The notes under the pieces: generated by a model | What the model was told of the DNA's origin: nothing | Databases searched by the model: none | Seen by the model: only the letters and a program-made list of their open reading frames with translations | Shown: piece by piece, positions 10,501 through 22,057 of the stretch | Numbering within the stretch: the first letter of the stretch is position 1 | Layout: each line of letters begins with the position of its first letter | Translations under genes and position numbers: made by a program | Assembly: GCF_006345805.1 (NCBI RefSeq) | Contig: NC_043001.1 | Span: forward strand, 18,414,001-18,478,000 | Length of the DNA: 64,000 nucleotides | Reading direction: 5' to 3' | DNA from: Octopus sinensis | Taxonomy: Eukaryota

Positions 10501-13500
10501 GTTTAGCCCCTTGTGGCTAGTAAAGAAATAGGTATTTGTTGTGACTTACTACACTGTGAGTTCAAATCCTGCTGAGGTCAACTTTACCTTTCATGTTTTA
10601 GGAGTCAATAAAGAAGTGCCAATCTAGAGTAGCTGATTGGCAGAGATGTAAGAACATCAGACTAGATGTTTGGAAGTAATTGTTCCAATCCTTTGTGTTC
10701 AAATCCTACCTTAGCCTATTTAGAGGGTAAGCTGAATCTGTTACCCAGTTTAGCACCAACACCTGGTCCAGCATTCACCCTAGGTCTCTAGTTTGATGAT
10801 ATCTTTCCCACTCCAAAGAACTTTGGAGGCCCCTGTAAAGGCTCATGGGTACTGCATTCCCTCCTGAAAAACCTATAGGTGGGCAAGGACAAATTGGACA
10901 GCAGAGAAATTATGACATGCTTAGGCTGCCGGATTGCAGCGTGTATTATAAACTATTTGGCTGTTCAATGTACAGTGTACTTCTTAACTATAGAGAAATA
11001 TGATATTCCTGGAATGCTATATTTACCAATAGACTTCCAGGTATTTTGCTGACTATTCATAAATCATTGGTCTTCTGGGTCAAGGTTAACTGAGCTACAT
11101 AGCAATGATATAAAACAAATATATATATGAATTCGGTTATATATACGAACTACATGGTTCTGGGTTCTGTTCCACTACGTGGCACCTTGGGCAAGTGTCT
11201 TCTACTATATAGCCTCGGGCTGACCAAAGCCTTGTGAGTGGATTTGGTAGACGGAAACTGAAAGAAGCCCGTCATATGTTTGTGTGTGTGTGTGTGTGCA
11301 TGTGAGTGTGTGTGTGTGTGTGCGTGTGTGTATATGTTTGTGTGTCTGTGTTTGTCCTCCCAACATCGCTCGACAACCAATGCTGGTGTGTTTACGTCCC
11401 TGTGACTTAGCAGTTCGGCAAAAAGAGACCGATAGAATAAGTACTAGGCTTACAAAGAATAAGTCCTGGGGTCGATTTGCTCGACTAAAAGCAGTGCTCC
11501 AGCATGGCCACAGTCAAATGACTGAAACAAGTAAAAGAGTAAAGAGTAAAGAGTAATGAACCTGGTGCCTTTCGTGGAAGCTTTTGTCCACTTTTCAGGA
11601 CTGAGTAATTCATGCTCGACTGCCACTGGCATAGCAGAACTCTTCTCCATTTGATCTTCAGAGATCTGCTTTCCATTCTGGCATGGGTTGGACAGTTTGA
11701 TCAGAACTGGTAAGCTGGAGAGCTGCAGCAAGTTCCTGTCTGGTTTGGCATGGTTTCTACAGCTGGATGGCCTTCCTAACACCAACCACTCCAAGAGTGC
11801 AACGGGTGCTTTTTACATGCCACCAGCTTGGGTGCCTTCATGTGCCACTGGCACCTAAGAATTCTCAAGTATGGCATATCACCATGGTCTCAGTCATTTG
11901 TCATCACCTCCATGAAGCCCAACATTTGAAGATCATCCTTCACCGCCTCATCCCATGTCTTCCTGGTCTCCTGCCTCTACAGGTTCCCTCCACAGTTACA
12001 GACTGGCACTTCTTTACATAGTTGTCCTCATCAGCTATGACTATGATTTCACCTGGAAGTTAATATTTATTATACAAATCATTACCCTAGATGCAGGCAG
12101 AGTGGTAAAAAGTCTGCTTCCCAACCACCTGAATTCAGGTTTTGGTCCCACTACATGGCACCTTGGGTAAGTGTCTTCTATTATAACCCTGGGCTGACCA
12201 AAGTATTGTGAGTTGATCTGGTAGATGGAAACTGAAAGAAGTCCATCACATACACATGGAAAGGAAGGTCACCACTTGTATGACAGTGAAACAACTATGT
12301 GTACGTATGTGAGTTACTGTCTTCCTGCCTTCACATCGCATGATAGTTGTAAGTGAGTGTTGTCATCATACAAGCAGTGACCTTCCTTTCCAATCTTCTG
12401 TGTAAACACGTCTGGTCATGGAGAAATATTATTTTAGAGTAGGTTAGGGCTGGCAGCAGGAAGGGCCATTGGCTGCAGAAAATCTTAATCAGCAAACTCC
12501 ATCTAACTCATGTGAACATGGTAAATCATCATCATCATCATTTAACGTCTGCTTTCCATGCTAGCATGGGTTGGACAATGTGACTGAGGTCTGACGAATC
12601 AGATGGCTGCACCAGGCTCCAATCTGATCTGGCAGTTTCTACAGCTGGATGTCCTTCCTAACGCCAACCACTCCGAGAGCGTAGTGGGTGCTTTTACGTG
12701 CCACTGGCATGAGGACCAGTCAGGCGGTACTTGCAATGGCCACAAAAAAAATCGTTTTTTTTCTTTTTATTATTCTACGTGTCACCTGCTATTTCTTTAC
12801 TACCCACAAGGGGCTAAACAGAGAGAGGACAAACAAGGACAGACAAACGGATTAAGCCGATTATATCGACCCCAGTGCGTAACTGGTACTTATTTAATCA
12901 ACCCCGAAAGGATGAAAGGCAAAGTGGACCTCAGCGGAATTTGAACTCAGAACGTAGCGGCAGATGAAATACTGCTAAGCATTTCGCCCGGCGTGCTAAC
13001 GATTCTGCCAGCTCGCCGCCTTGTGTCACCTGCACACTGGCACAAGTGCCAGTAAGGCAACGACGATGCTGGTAAGCGACATTAAATGAGGATGATGATG
13101 ACGACTACTCTCATTTATTATGATGCAAGATTTCTGCCAATACAACGACCAATTTGGAATGCTTGATTTGTTTTCCTTTTTCTGTTCTGCCCATCTATTC
13201 TCCAAATATGTTCCCATACTTAATCAATCATTTGTGATTCAGTAGTTTTCTATTCATTACATGTTCAGTATTTTACTCTTATATTTTTACTCATAAAGAA
13301 GAAAGATATGAGTTCTTAAGTAATGATACATGTAACCCATATAAAGAAACAGGGAACACCAAAAAATAGGAGGAAACCCTAGGGATTGCACCTAGAAAAT
13401 TACTCTTTGAAGCACAAGTCTGGGCAAGGTTCCAGCAGTTGCCCATGCATACCGGCCTCCCCTCTCTACATCACTGATGTCATCCAAGAGAAAGGCAAAG

Positions 13501-16342
13501 GCCTATGCGGCTTGGCACCAGTGATGTCACAACTCATTTCTACAGCTGAGTGAACTGGAGCAACGTGAAATAAGGTGTCTTGCTCAAGAACGTAACATGC
13601 AGTCCGGTCCAGGAATTGAACTCACAACTTCACGATTGTAAGCTTGACGCTCTAGCCACTGAGCCATGTGCCTTCACCTAAAAATTGTTTCATGCTACTT
13701 CATTTTATTAAACACTGTAAGTATTACATCAGTTTTAAAATGTCGAGCAATCTTCAGCCACATATAAAATTTTCCAATTAAACGGACAATGCACATTCTT
13801 ATACCTATTTCATTTGCCAACATTATAAAGAGGGTAGATATATATAGACAGAGAGGTTGATTTCATTCTTAAGTACATGATAGCAGAAAAGAGTAAATTT
13901 ACTACTATCATGTACTTAAGAATGAAATCAACCTCTCTGTCTATATATCTACCCTCTTTATAATGTTGGCAAATGAAATAGGGATAAGAATGTACATTGT
14001 CCGTTTGATTGGAAAATTTCTATAAGTGGCTGAAGATTGCTCGACATTTTAAAACTGATGTAATACTTACAGTGTTTAATAAAATGAAGTAGCATGAAAC
14101 AATTGTACTACTCTACCTCGGATATACTTGTTGCTTATTTTGATTATAATCACTCCATTTGGTGCCTTTGACTTAAGTACCATATTCATCTGAATCTAAA
14201 TTTTACTGAACTTATATATATATTAATATATATATATATATATGTCTGTCTGTCTAGCTATGGGAAATATCTTGGAAACAAGTAAGCCCTGGCAAAAGGA
14301 AGTATATCATCCATAGAAAATCTGCCTTGAATTCCACCTGACCCATGCAAACTCAGTAAAGTGCCAATTAAATGTTGTTGATGATGATGATAGATTTATC
14401 ATTACTTCTTTCTCTGTCACTTTCCCCAAACACTATACAAAGATCTTTGTTCCACTAACATCCTCTGGGCCTAATTCACAGATCCAGCACTTCAGATTGT
14501 CCACCCCTTCTTCTAGTTGTAGACCATACAGTACTCTATGATATGTATTGGTTTATACTCTGTTATCCTTCTTTCTTTACGAGTGGGGCGACTCTGTGAC
14601 CCTTCTGCGTGACCCTTTTGGTCATCTTTTTCATCTTGACTTGCAGAGATGTCATTGACATTCGTTAATTTCCGTAATTTTTTGTTTATTTATTTGCTTT
14701 TGTTTTAAAGTGAAAGAGAGGAGAAAATGAATATGTACGTGTTTGTGAAATTGACGTGTGTGTGTGAGAGAGAGAGATAGAAAGAGAGAGTGAAGGGGTG
14801 TGTTGGCATGTATATGTATATACATAAATACATATGCATATATCTTTTTCTGTGTATGTGTGTGTGAGAGAGAAGGTGTGTGTTCTCATGTATACCATTT
14901 TTTGCAGGTATGTCTAAGTACCACTCTCTCTCTCTCTCATACACACTCGCACATATACATATAAAAAACAAAAGCTGTATGCACATGCATTTATGCATAT
15001 ATGTATACATAACAACACACCACTTCACTGACAAGACTTCCACCCGACCCCCTCAAGAAATCACCCTTAAAAAAAATTTTTTTTTCGACACAAACCCCAC
15101 TTTTCGGCTACGGGGAATACGAATCTAAAAAAAAATTGGCCAAAATTGGCATTTTTAAATTAACCCCCACCCCATTTCTTTCATTTTAAAACTTTTTTCA
15201 GAATTTTTTTTTTCAAAATACGTGGAAAAATACGGAGATTATGATATTCTGAAAAAAATTTCCAAAAACTTTTGTAAAATTGTTTTTAAAGAATTTTTTT
15301 TTGTTTCTAAATATGCGGAAAAATGCGGACATTATGATTCGGACAAAAATTTCAAAACATTTCTATAGTTACGATTAGGATTAGGGGGTTAGTGTTAGTG
15401 TGGGGAAAAAAGTCAAAATTGAAGAATTGGTGGTGGTGGTGGTGGGGATTTAACAATACCGATTTTTGACAATTTTCCGGAACCTCCGTATCCGAAAACG
15501 GGGGTTTTTGGCAAAAAAAAAAAAAAAATTTTAATAAACAAATTTGTGATAAAATGGGCGGGCGGAAGTCTTTCCCGAAGAATGACCAATCTTTTAAGCG
15601 CTTAAGACTGTCATAGGACTTAATCCAGCCCTGGGTCCAGAAATCAAAGCCACAACCTTATGATCCTGATCCCAAGACTCTAAACACCGCATGTCTTTGT
15701 ATGTATTTATGTAGGTCTAAAAGTACACGGAATCACATGAACCTGACGAATGTTGTTTGCACTTTAAAACAATTTGAGCTGGCAGAAACGCTAGCGCACC
15801 GGGCGAAATGCGTAGCCGTATTTCGTCTGCCGTTACGTTCTGAGTTCAAATTCCGCCGAAGTCGACTTTGCCTTTCATCCTTTCGGGGTCGATAAATTAA
15901 GTACCAGTTACGCACTGCGGTCGATGTAATCGACAAATCCCTTTGTCTGTCCCCTCTGTGTTTGGCCCCTTGTGGGTAGTAAAGAAATATATAACAATCT
16001 ATTAGGCGCTTGGCCTCAACAGTTAGTAATATTTGATCTACGATGTATTTTGTTGGAGTTATACTTTATTTTCTTTATTTTCTTTCTATTCTTCCCCTGC
16101 AGATGCTGTTTATGTATTCAATGAAAACGTTAATTTCACATATAAACAATGGTTATTAAAGTTATTTAAACACGAGAAAACAATAACACACTGCAATAAG
16201 AAGAGTAAATGTATATATAAAAGTTACCTTTCGCATTTGCTGTAATAAAAGGCCATGTGTTTACGACTATAGGCAAGTTTGAACTCGAAGATCGAGCGAA
16301 AGAAATAAAGAGGAATAATAATAAACACACCTTCCACGACAT
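749..16342 (-). CDS. AGA: Aspartylglucosaminidase (glycosylasparaginase) paralogue A, exons 1-5; the 3' exons lie beyond the left edge of the window
   Basis: Exons 16228-16342, 7629-7788, 4735-4847, 1673-1785 and 749-951. All have GT-AG boundaries and compatible phases, with no stops. They encode a signal peptide, then [54 protein letters not shown] and the autoproteolysis motif HDTIG..GTSTNG. Confidence 0.95.
1673..1785 (-). CDS. AGA: AGA-A exon 4 ([38 protein letters not shown])
   Basis: Acceptor ttttgttgcag, donor gtaagt, 113 nt. Confidence 0.95.
1870..2086. mobile_element. Foldback/MITE with ~72-bp TIRs and an internal hairpin
   Basis: tattctgttgtgtctgggg...ccggtaaaattt is inverted at about 2014-2086; centre aatagtcttgactct...agagtcaagactatt. 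Confidence 0.75.
2601..3021. mobile_element. MITE with 24-bp TIRs (GGATCTTTTCGGTTTGAACGGCAG) and 8-bp TSDs; further copies at 33779-34181 and 36119-36531
   Basis: TIRs are visible in all three copies. Flanking duplications are ctataaga, tgaatgcg and gagggctg. Confidence 0.85.
3412..3998 (-). mobile_element. Tandem array of tRNA-derived SINE family 1 (ggcggcgagctggcagaaacgttagc...tgtgggtagtaaagaaata)
   Basis: Three head-to-tail units. A-box and B-box (gagttcaaattc) are in the head. Other copies at about 10114-10615(+), 12790-13020(-), 15775-15990(+), 25945-26182(+), 26473-26706(-), 41247-41466(-), 41998-42232(-), 43064-43415 (inverted pair), 46483-46712(+), 55315-55545(+) and 56943-57172(+). 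Confidence 0.85.
4327..4681 (+). mobile_element. tRNA-headed element with an (AAT)n tract, a degenerate minimal hammerhead (4579-4624) and an inverted copy of its 3' end at the left terminus
   Basis: A-box tggtgtagtggttaa and B-box gagttcgattcc; ~65-bp inverted termini. The orthologous copy is at 29405-29774 and a 3' fragment on the minus strand is at 59915-60027. Confidence 0.7.
4735..4847 (-). CDS. AGA: AGA-A exon 3 ([37 protein letters not shown])
   Basis: Acceptor ttttgtag, donor gtaaaa, 113 nt. Confidence 0.95.
6018..6073. repeat. (AG)n microsatellite
   Basis: Perfect dinucleotide run. Confidence 0.95.
6545..6806 (+). mobile_element. Decayed RTE-type LINE reverse-transcriptase fragment
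   Basis: Translates as ...[46 protein letters not shown]..., i.e. the GxxQG..LSP.LF and YADD-like motifs with a stop. Confidence 0.75.
7240..7590 (+). mobile_element. SINE/RTE-tail family 3 (...aaaagcacc..ggaagggcatccagctgtagaaac..gcatggaaagcggacgttaaac(gat)n)
   Basis: More than 20 copies in either orientation, e.g. 5204-5570, 8137-8540, 12528-12750, 19330-19650, 30278-30600, 31195-31390, 31735-32040, 49128-49365, 50277-50560, 52832-53095, 53300-53510, 54797-54990, 58438-58740 and 61420-61830. This family is the source of the recurring [12 protein letters not shown] pseudo-ORFs. Confidence 0.85.
7629..7788 (-). CDS. AGA: AGA-A exon 2 ([20 protein letters not shown]...[11 protein letters not shown])
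   Basis: Acceptor gttttaaag, donor gtaaca, 160 nt. Confidence 0.95.
8545..8880 (+). mobile_element. Two tandem mariner-derived remnants; a related copy lies at about 19670-19870 (-)
   Basis: Terminus gaaggggtgcggaaaagttcc and a transposase C-terminal tail [21 protein letters not shown]. Confidence 0.6.
9136..9188. repeat. (CCAA)n microsatellite
   Basis: Perfect tetranucleotide run. Confidence 0.95.
13683..14104. repeat. Long near-perfect palindrome, ~200-bp arms with a 21-nt spacer
   Basis: 13683-13883 is the reverse complement of 13905-14104 with few mismatches. Confidence 0.9.
16228..16342 (-). CDS. AGA: AGA-A exon 1 ([38 protein letters not shown])
   Basis: ATG at 16342, hydrophobic signal peptide, LPxVVNTWPF motif, donor gtaact. 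Confidence 0.93.
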
Positions 16343-16777
16343 GATTCAAGAAGAAATGAAATTTCAGTATATATGCAAAGAGTTATCTCCCCTTAGGCAG
16401 AATGTGATCATCTCCTGGGAAGGGCAATTAGGAACGGCTTATTTCGACTTTAATTAAACTCGTAATTCATTTTGTTCCAGTGTTTATTCAGTGTTATTTT
16501 TTTAAACATTCCATTGCTTCGTTTTGTAAATTAGTTTCCTGTCTTCTGCAGAAACTCTTAGTTGTAGTTGAAACAATACTCTATATTTTTTTTCACTCGA
16601 AGTGGTATGAGAGAATAGAGTAAAGTTTGCTCGATCACGTAATACCGTTGCGACTGTAAGGGACTTCGAAGCGAAACCTAATTGATTTGATGAATTTATG
16701 AGGTTAAAATACATGAAGTGTGGTGGAAAGTAGAACGTTTTAAGTTAGTAAACTCATGAAACTTCAACTAATATATA

Positions 16778-16828
<51 letters not shown>

Positions 16829-19800
16829 ATATAGGGTGAAATATAATTAATTCGGTTGACTGTTACATTTTATTATTTTTCTCCCTTTTTTTTGCCATAT
16901 GTGAGTTACAAATATTGTTGTCTGTGGAGACATATCTTTATAGTAAAAGGAAATAGCAGTCCTTTGGCTGCTATTTCTAAAATTTTCGGTATGTGGTTAA
17001 GCAACTTGTTGCAAATAACCCTTATTATTATATATATTATATTAAATTAAAGATAAAACCACTATTAGGCAAATCATACAATGAAAAACTTAAGCCAATA
17101 CATAAGATTAATTAATTTATATAAAATTGGATTCAATCCTAAATCTGATTTTTCCCTGTAAGTTTGGATTTATTCCCTAATATTTTATTATTAATTTATA
17201 TATATATATATATAGATATATACTGTGGTAACTTTCATACACTGATCGCAACATTTGGGAATGTCCAGTATGTTTCGGTAATTATTTAGTGACGGCTTTT
17301 GACGTGTGTGTGAGCAACATAATGTAACTTTACTTTAGTACAACCGCTGAGCGTTTATGCTTTATGTAATAAAATTTTAACGAAAGAATGCCTTTAGCTT
17401 ATGTTTGTTTATTCCTCATTATGACGAATGTGCGGAATTTGAATTCCGAGTTAAGGCTTTTTGGTAAAGGTACTTTCCATCTTTGTTCTTGTTACGAAGC
17501 TCGAATATAAAAACTGTCAACCGGCGCCGTATTTTCCATTGTTAGTTTCGCGCTAATCTTCCTTCTTTTGTACAGGAGGGAGCCCCAACGACATAAAGTT
17601 TATTTATCATCTCCATCGTTTTTATATCCGTCTTTTCTCTGCTTGCATGTGTTGGATGGATCTTGAAGAACAAGATTCTTTTTGCCACATGGACTGGACA
17701 CATTTTATCGCACCACTGACGCAGGAGAGAGATTGTCTGGGATATGAGACGTTTTGGCGTTGCTAGTTCGACGCCGACTTATTTGAAACCAAACGTTTTT
17801 ATATTTTTATATTCCTCACGTTTTAATGGTTCTCTCTCTCTTTCCCTCCATCTCTCTGTTTATGTGTGTGAGGGTATTTCTCGATGTGTAAGAGGAGAGG
17901 AACGATAGAGAAAAACCTGTTTCATGCTCAGGACTCAATACAATCTCATATCATCGTGATGTTGTTGATCCACTCAATAGAATCGGATACTGTTGCAATA
18001 CATACTTAAGAAATGATCCTTAAAAGCCGTTTATTGTATCTGGATATCCTTAAAGTATATATATATATATACACACACACACACGTGTGTGTGTATACAT
18101 GTGCATAAGTTATTGTCTCTTTTCCTCGACAGTATTGCTTGATAGTTGTATCACCATGGTACATGTTCTGTCCTCTGTTTTCAATCATCTTGTCATGGAA
18201 ACAGGTGAAGGTTGGCAACACGAAGAGCATCCAGCTGTAGAAAATTCACCTCAGCAAATTCTCTCCAACCCATACATGTATGGGAAAGTGGAAATTCATA
18301 ACGATGATGATAATGAAGATGGTTTGCATGATGATGATGATGCATGCAGCCTGTCAGTGTGTTGTTTATCTCAGCTCCTATCCAATATAGATTTGGGAAA
18401 GATGTTAAACATTCTTTTTACCTGCATTCTTTTTTATTTAGTCCACAGATTGATCAACTAAGTCCACCTTATTAATACAATTATCAGTTTCACAAAACTA
18501 ATGCCTGAAAGCTCTACATTGTTTCAAGAATATTCCTATTTGTGTTGGGGTCATGTAAAAGCGCCCAGTGTACTCTGAAGTGATTGGCATTTGGAAGGGC
18601 ATCCAGTTGTTGAAACCATGCCAAAACAGACGATTGGAACCTGGACAGCTCTCCAACTGGCCAACTCCCGTCAAACCATCCAACTCATGCTAGCATGGAA
18701 CACGGATGTTAAATGATGATGATAACTTCACATTTGCCTCTGCAACTTTTTGTAAACCCAAAGATACAATATGATATATGCTATATTTATATATGTTTCT
18801 AAAACTAAATTTTTTCTTCAGAATGCCTATGCCAGCATTAGTTTATTTTTTAAATATTTAATTTGGGTTTCCTATGCTTACATGGGTTGGATAGTTTTAC
18901 AAATTCATATATTAAGAGGCATAAAAGAAAAAAGAAAGAAGTAGTCAAAGGGAAGATGCTTTTAATTTGCTAGGAACTGTAGCCAAATCTCCCTTAGATT
19001 TTATTTAAAGGAAGGGTATATTGGATAATACAATTTTGGAAATACACGTAACCAAGGTCATCTAGGCAGGAGCATCTGATTAGGTTTGCTCAGATAGAAC
19101 ATCAGAGCTCATCTAAAACTAATTAATACTTTAGCATTCATATTACTCTCACATAGAATGTATATTTATTCACATTGTTTCAAGTTTGATTGCATTGTAC
19201 AGGTACTTTTTACCATGAGCACTATCTAAAATATCATTGAGTTGATCAAGGCCTTGCAAATCCAATTTATTTGACAAAAGCTGTGCAGAAGTTTGTTAGT
19301 ACATCAACATCAAAATAAAAATCAAATGGAAATTGTAGTTGTGATACCTGTGCCGGTGGCATGTAAAAAGCACCATCCAAACGTGGCCGATACCAGCACT
19401 GCCTTGACTGGCTTCTATGCCAGTGGTACATAAAAAGCACCAACCAATCGTGGCTGTTACCAGCCTCCCCTGGCACGTAAAAAGCACCCACTACACTCAC
19501 AGAGTGGTTGGCATTAGGAAGAGCATCCAGCTGTAGAAACACTGCCAGATCAGACTGGAGCCTGGTGCAGCCTCCTGGCTTCCCAGACCCCGGTCAAACC
19601 GTCCAACCCATGCTAGCATGGAAAACGGGCGTTAAACGATGATGATGATGCACAAGGGGATGTTGAACAATTCCTGACTTTGCGTAAAAGAAAATACGGG
19701 AAAATCAGTTAATTACGATTTTATTCAACATATTCCCCTTTCGGATTCACACCTGTTGCAGTGGTCCATTAGTTTTTCTAAGCCCTGTAAAAGAACTCAA

Positions 19801-20212
19801 AAAGTTGGGCCTCCAACCAGGCCTTTTGTGATACCCTTAAACCTAGGAATTTTTCAGCACCCCTTTCATCATATAATAGGGGTTCCCAAACTGTGAATAT
19901 GTTAAAGAAAGGGAAGTCAACCTAGTGAATGAGAGGCATTCATTCATGCTTGTTGGGGAGGAAGTTCCTAAGAATGCTTTCCTCTGGACTTGTGAATGTA
20001 GAACAAACCATTGTGTAAGGTGAATATGCAAACTGAAAGAAGGGCCATAGTGAAATGTAATAAATGGCAAGCAGCAGGCTGGGGAAGTATTTGGTATTTC
20101 TGGTAAATGTTTAACAGTTGTTCACAGAAGTGATCAGCAAGATGACAGCCAGCTTCAATAAATCAATGGCCAACATTGAAAAAACACACAGAAATAATAA
20201 AAGAATAATACA

Positions 20213-20218
20213 TTTATT
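20213..20218 (-). terminator. Candidate polyadenylation signal AATAAA of AGA-B
   Basis: tttatt on the plus strand, about 160 nt downstream of the AGA-B stop and followed by a T/G-rich tract on the minus strand. Confidence 0.5.
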
Positions 20219-20377
20219 TCACTTGTTTTATAAGATATTAGCACCATCCTTCTGCTTCTTTCCTCATGATTAAAATGTGTGGTTAGTTGATGTTCTCATC
20301 TTTACTGTTGCCATTGCGGAATTTTCTTTCGGAACATCTCATGTTGGTAAATGCGTATTGGTAAATGTTGAGTTTGG

Positions 20378-20487
20378 TCAAAATTGGAAATGTTTAGAAC
20401 ACATTAATTTGAAAACAGTTGAGTTTTCCAATGAAGGATTTGTAACTGCGTAGTCAACCGATCCACCAAAGTTATGACAGGCTGCCC
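20378..20487 (-). CDS. AGA: AGA-B last exon ([36 protein letters not shown])
   Basis: Acceptor tcctccctccag; TGA at 20378-20380. Confidence 0.9.
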
Positions 20488-22008
20488 CTGGAGGGAGGAA
20501 ACAAGAAAAGCAAACAATGTTTTGAGGACTTTCTGGCAATGATTTAATACTTACGCTCTTTACTCTTTTACTTGTTTCAGTCATTTGACTGTGGCCATGC
20601 TGGGGCACCGCCTTTAGTCGAGCAAATCGACCCTGGGACATATTCTTTGTAAACCCAGTACTTATTCTATCAGTCTCTTTAGCCGAACCGCTAAGTGACA
20701 GGGACATAAACACACCAGCATCGGTTGTCAAGCAATGCTAGAGGGACAAACACAGACACACAAATACACACACACATACGACGGGCTTCTTTGAGTTTCC
20801 ATGAAAAATGAAGAAATTGGATAGGTAGGAGTAGTGGGGTGGGGTGGGGCAAAAAAGTCTTTCCAAATATAGTAGCTGGAAAACAGGAAAAAAAAACAAA
20901 CTAAAAGCAGTAGAAATGCCCGAACGATTATGGTGGTGCCATGAAGTAAACATGCTTCAGACACACTTGTTTATTCATACAAACGTAACTGAGATGAAAT
21001 ATGTCCTAAATACCTACCATATTCACCAGTGATGGTAGCAGCTATAAGTGCTCCATGAAAATTTGGGTATTTCTTGATTATGGGAAGCAAAGCTTTTCTC
21101 GTTGCTTCTGTTGGACTTAAACCCTCTTGCATCAAGAGAACAACATGGAAGCTGAAAGAACACAATGGAAAAAGGATCATTGGGTGCATTAAGAAAAAAA
21201 TGGTTATGTTGAAATACATTGAGCTGTCAGATAAACTTGTTTCTTTTTTCCCCCTATTAATTGGCACAGGTGTGGCTGTGTGGTAAGATGCTTGCTTCCC
21301 AACCACATGGTTCTGAGTTCAGTACCACTGCGTGACACCTTGGGCAAGTGTCTTTTACTTCAGCTTCAGACCAACCAAAGCCTTGTGAGTGGATTTGGTA
21401 GATGGAAGCTGAAAGAAGCCCCATTGTTTTGGGATCTCCACTACTTTATTATCTCCCCTTCTTCCTAGATCTCCTGTCTGACCACATGTGTTAAGCCATC
21501 ACCATAGTTGACCACTAGCCAACCAAAGCCTTGTGAGTGGATTTGGTACATGGAGGCTGAAAGAAGCCCATTGTGTGTGTATATATATATATATATTTAC
21601 AAGATAAGGGCAAAAGAAAAATTCTAATGCCAAATATGCCGAAAAAAAGACAATAATTGTCAATAAACCATTATAATTTATGTGTTTCCATGGGTATGAG
21701 TAAGTATTTTACTTATATCTCGCGTATTTGCCGCTGAAGAGGGGAAAATTTCTTACGAATTAACCCCGAAATTGGACCAATACGGTAATAACAAATTTTT
21801 TAGAGATTTCGATCGGTTTGTTTCGAGACGCATAAATTATAATGGTTTATTGACAATTGTCTTTTTTTCGGCATATTTGGCATTAGAATTTTTCTTTTGT
21901 CCTTATCTTGTAAATTATTTATAAATTTAACCTTTAAAGGTATTTTTTGATATGCTGGCCATTGATAAAATATTTTTCCCGAAAGAAATTTTATCCTACA
22001 TTAGTTAG

Positions 22009-22057
<49 letters not shown>

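Noticed and set aside
14025-14070. CTGAAGA within the long palindrome as a hammerhead core
   Set aside because: No stem II closed by GAAA and no NUH/stem I partner follow it.
749-16342. AGA-A as an uncollapsed allelic haplotype of AGA-B
   Set aside because: About 20 percent amino-acid divergence and multiple copy-specific TE insertions are too much for alleles, although long-read confirmation is still advisable.
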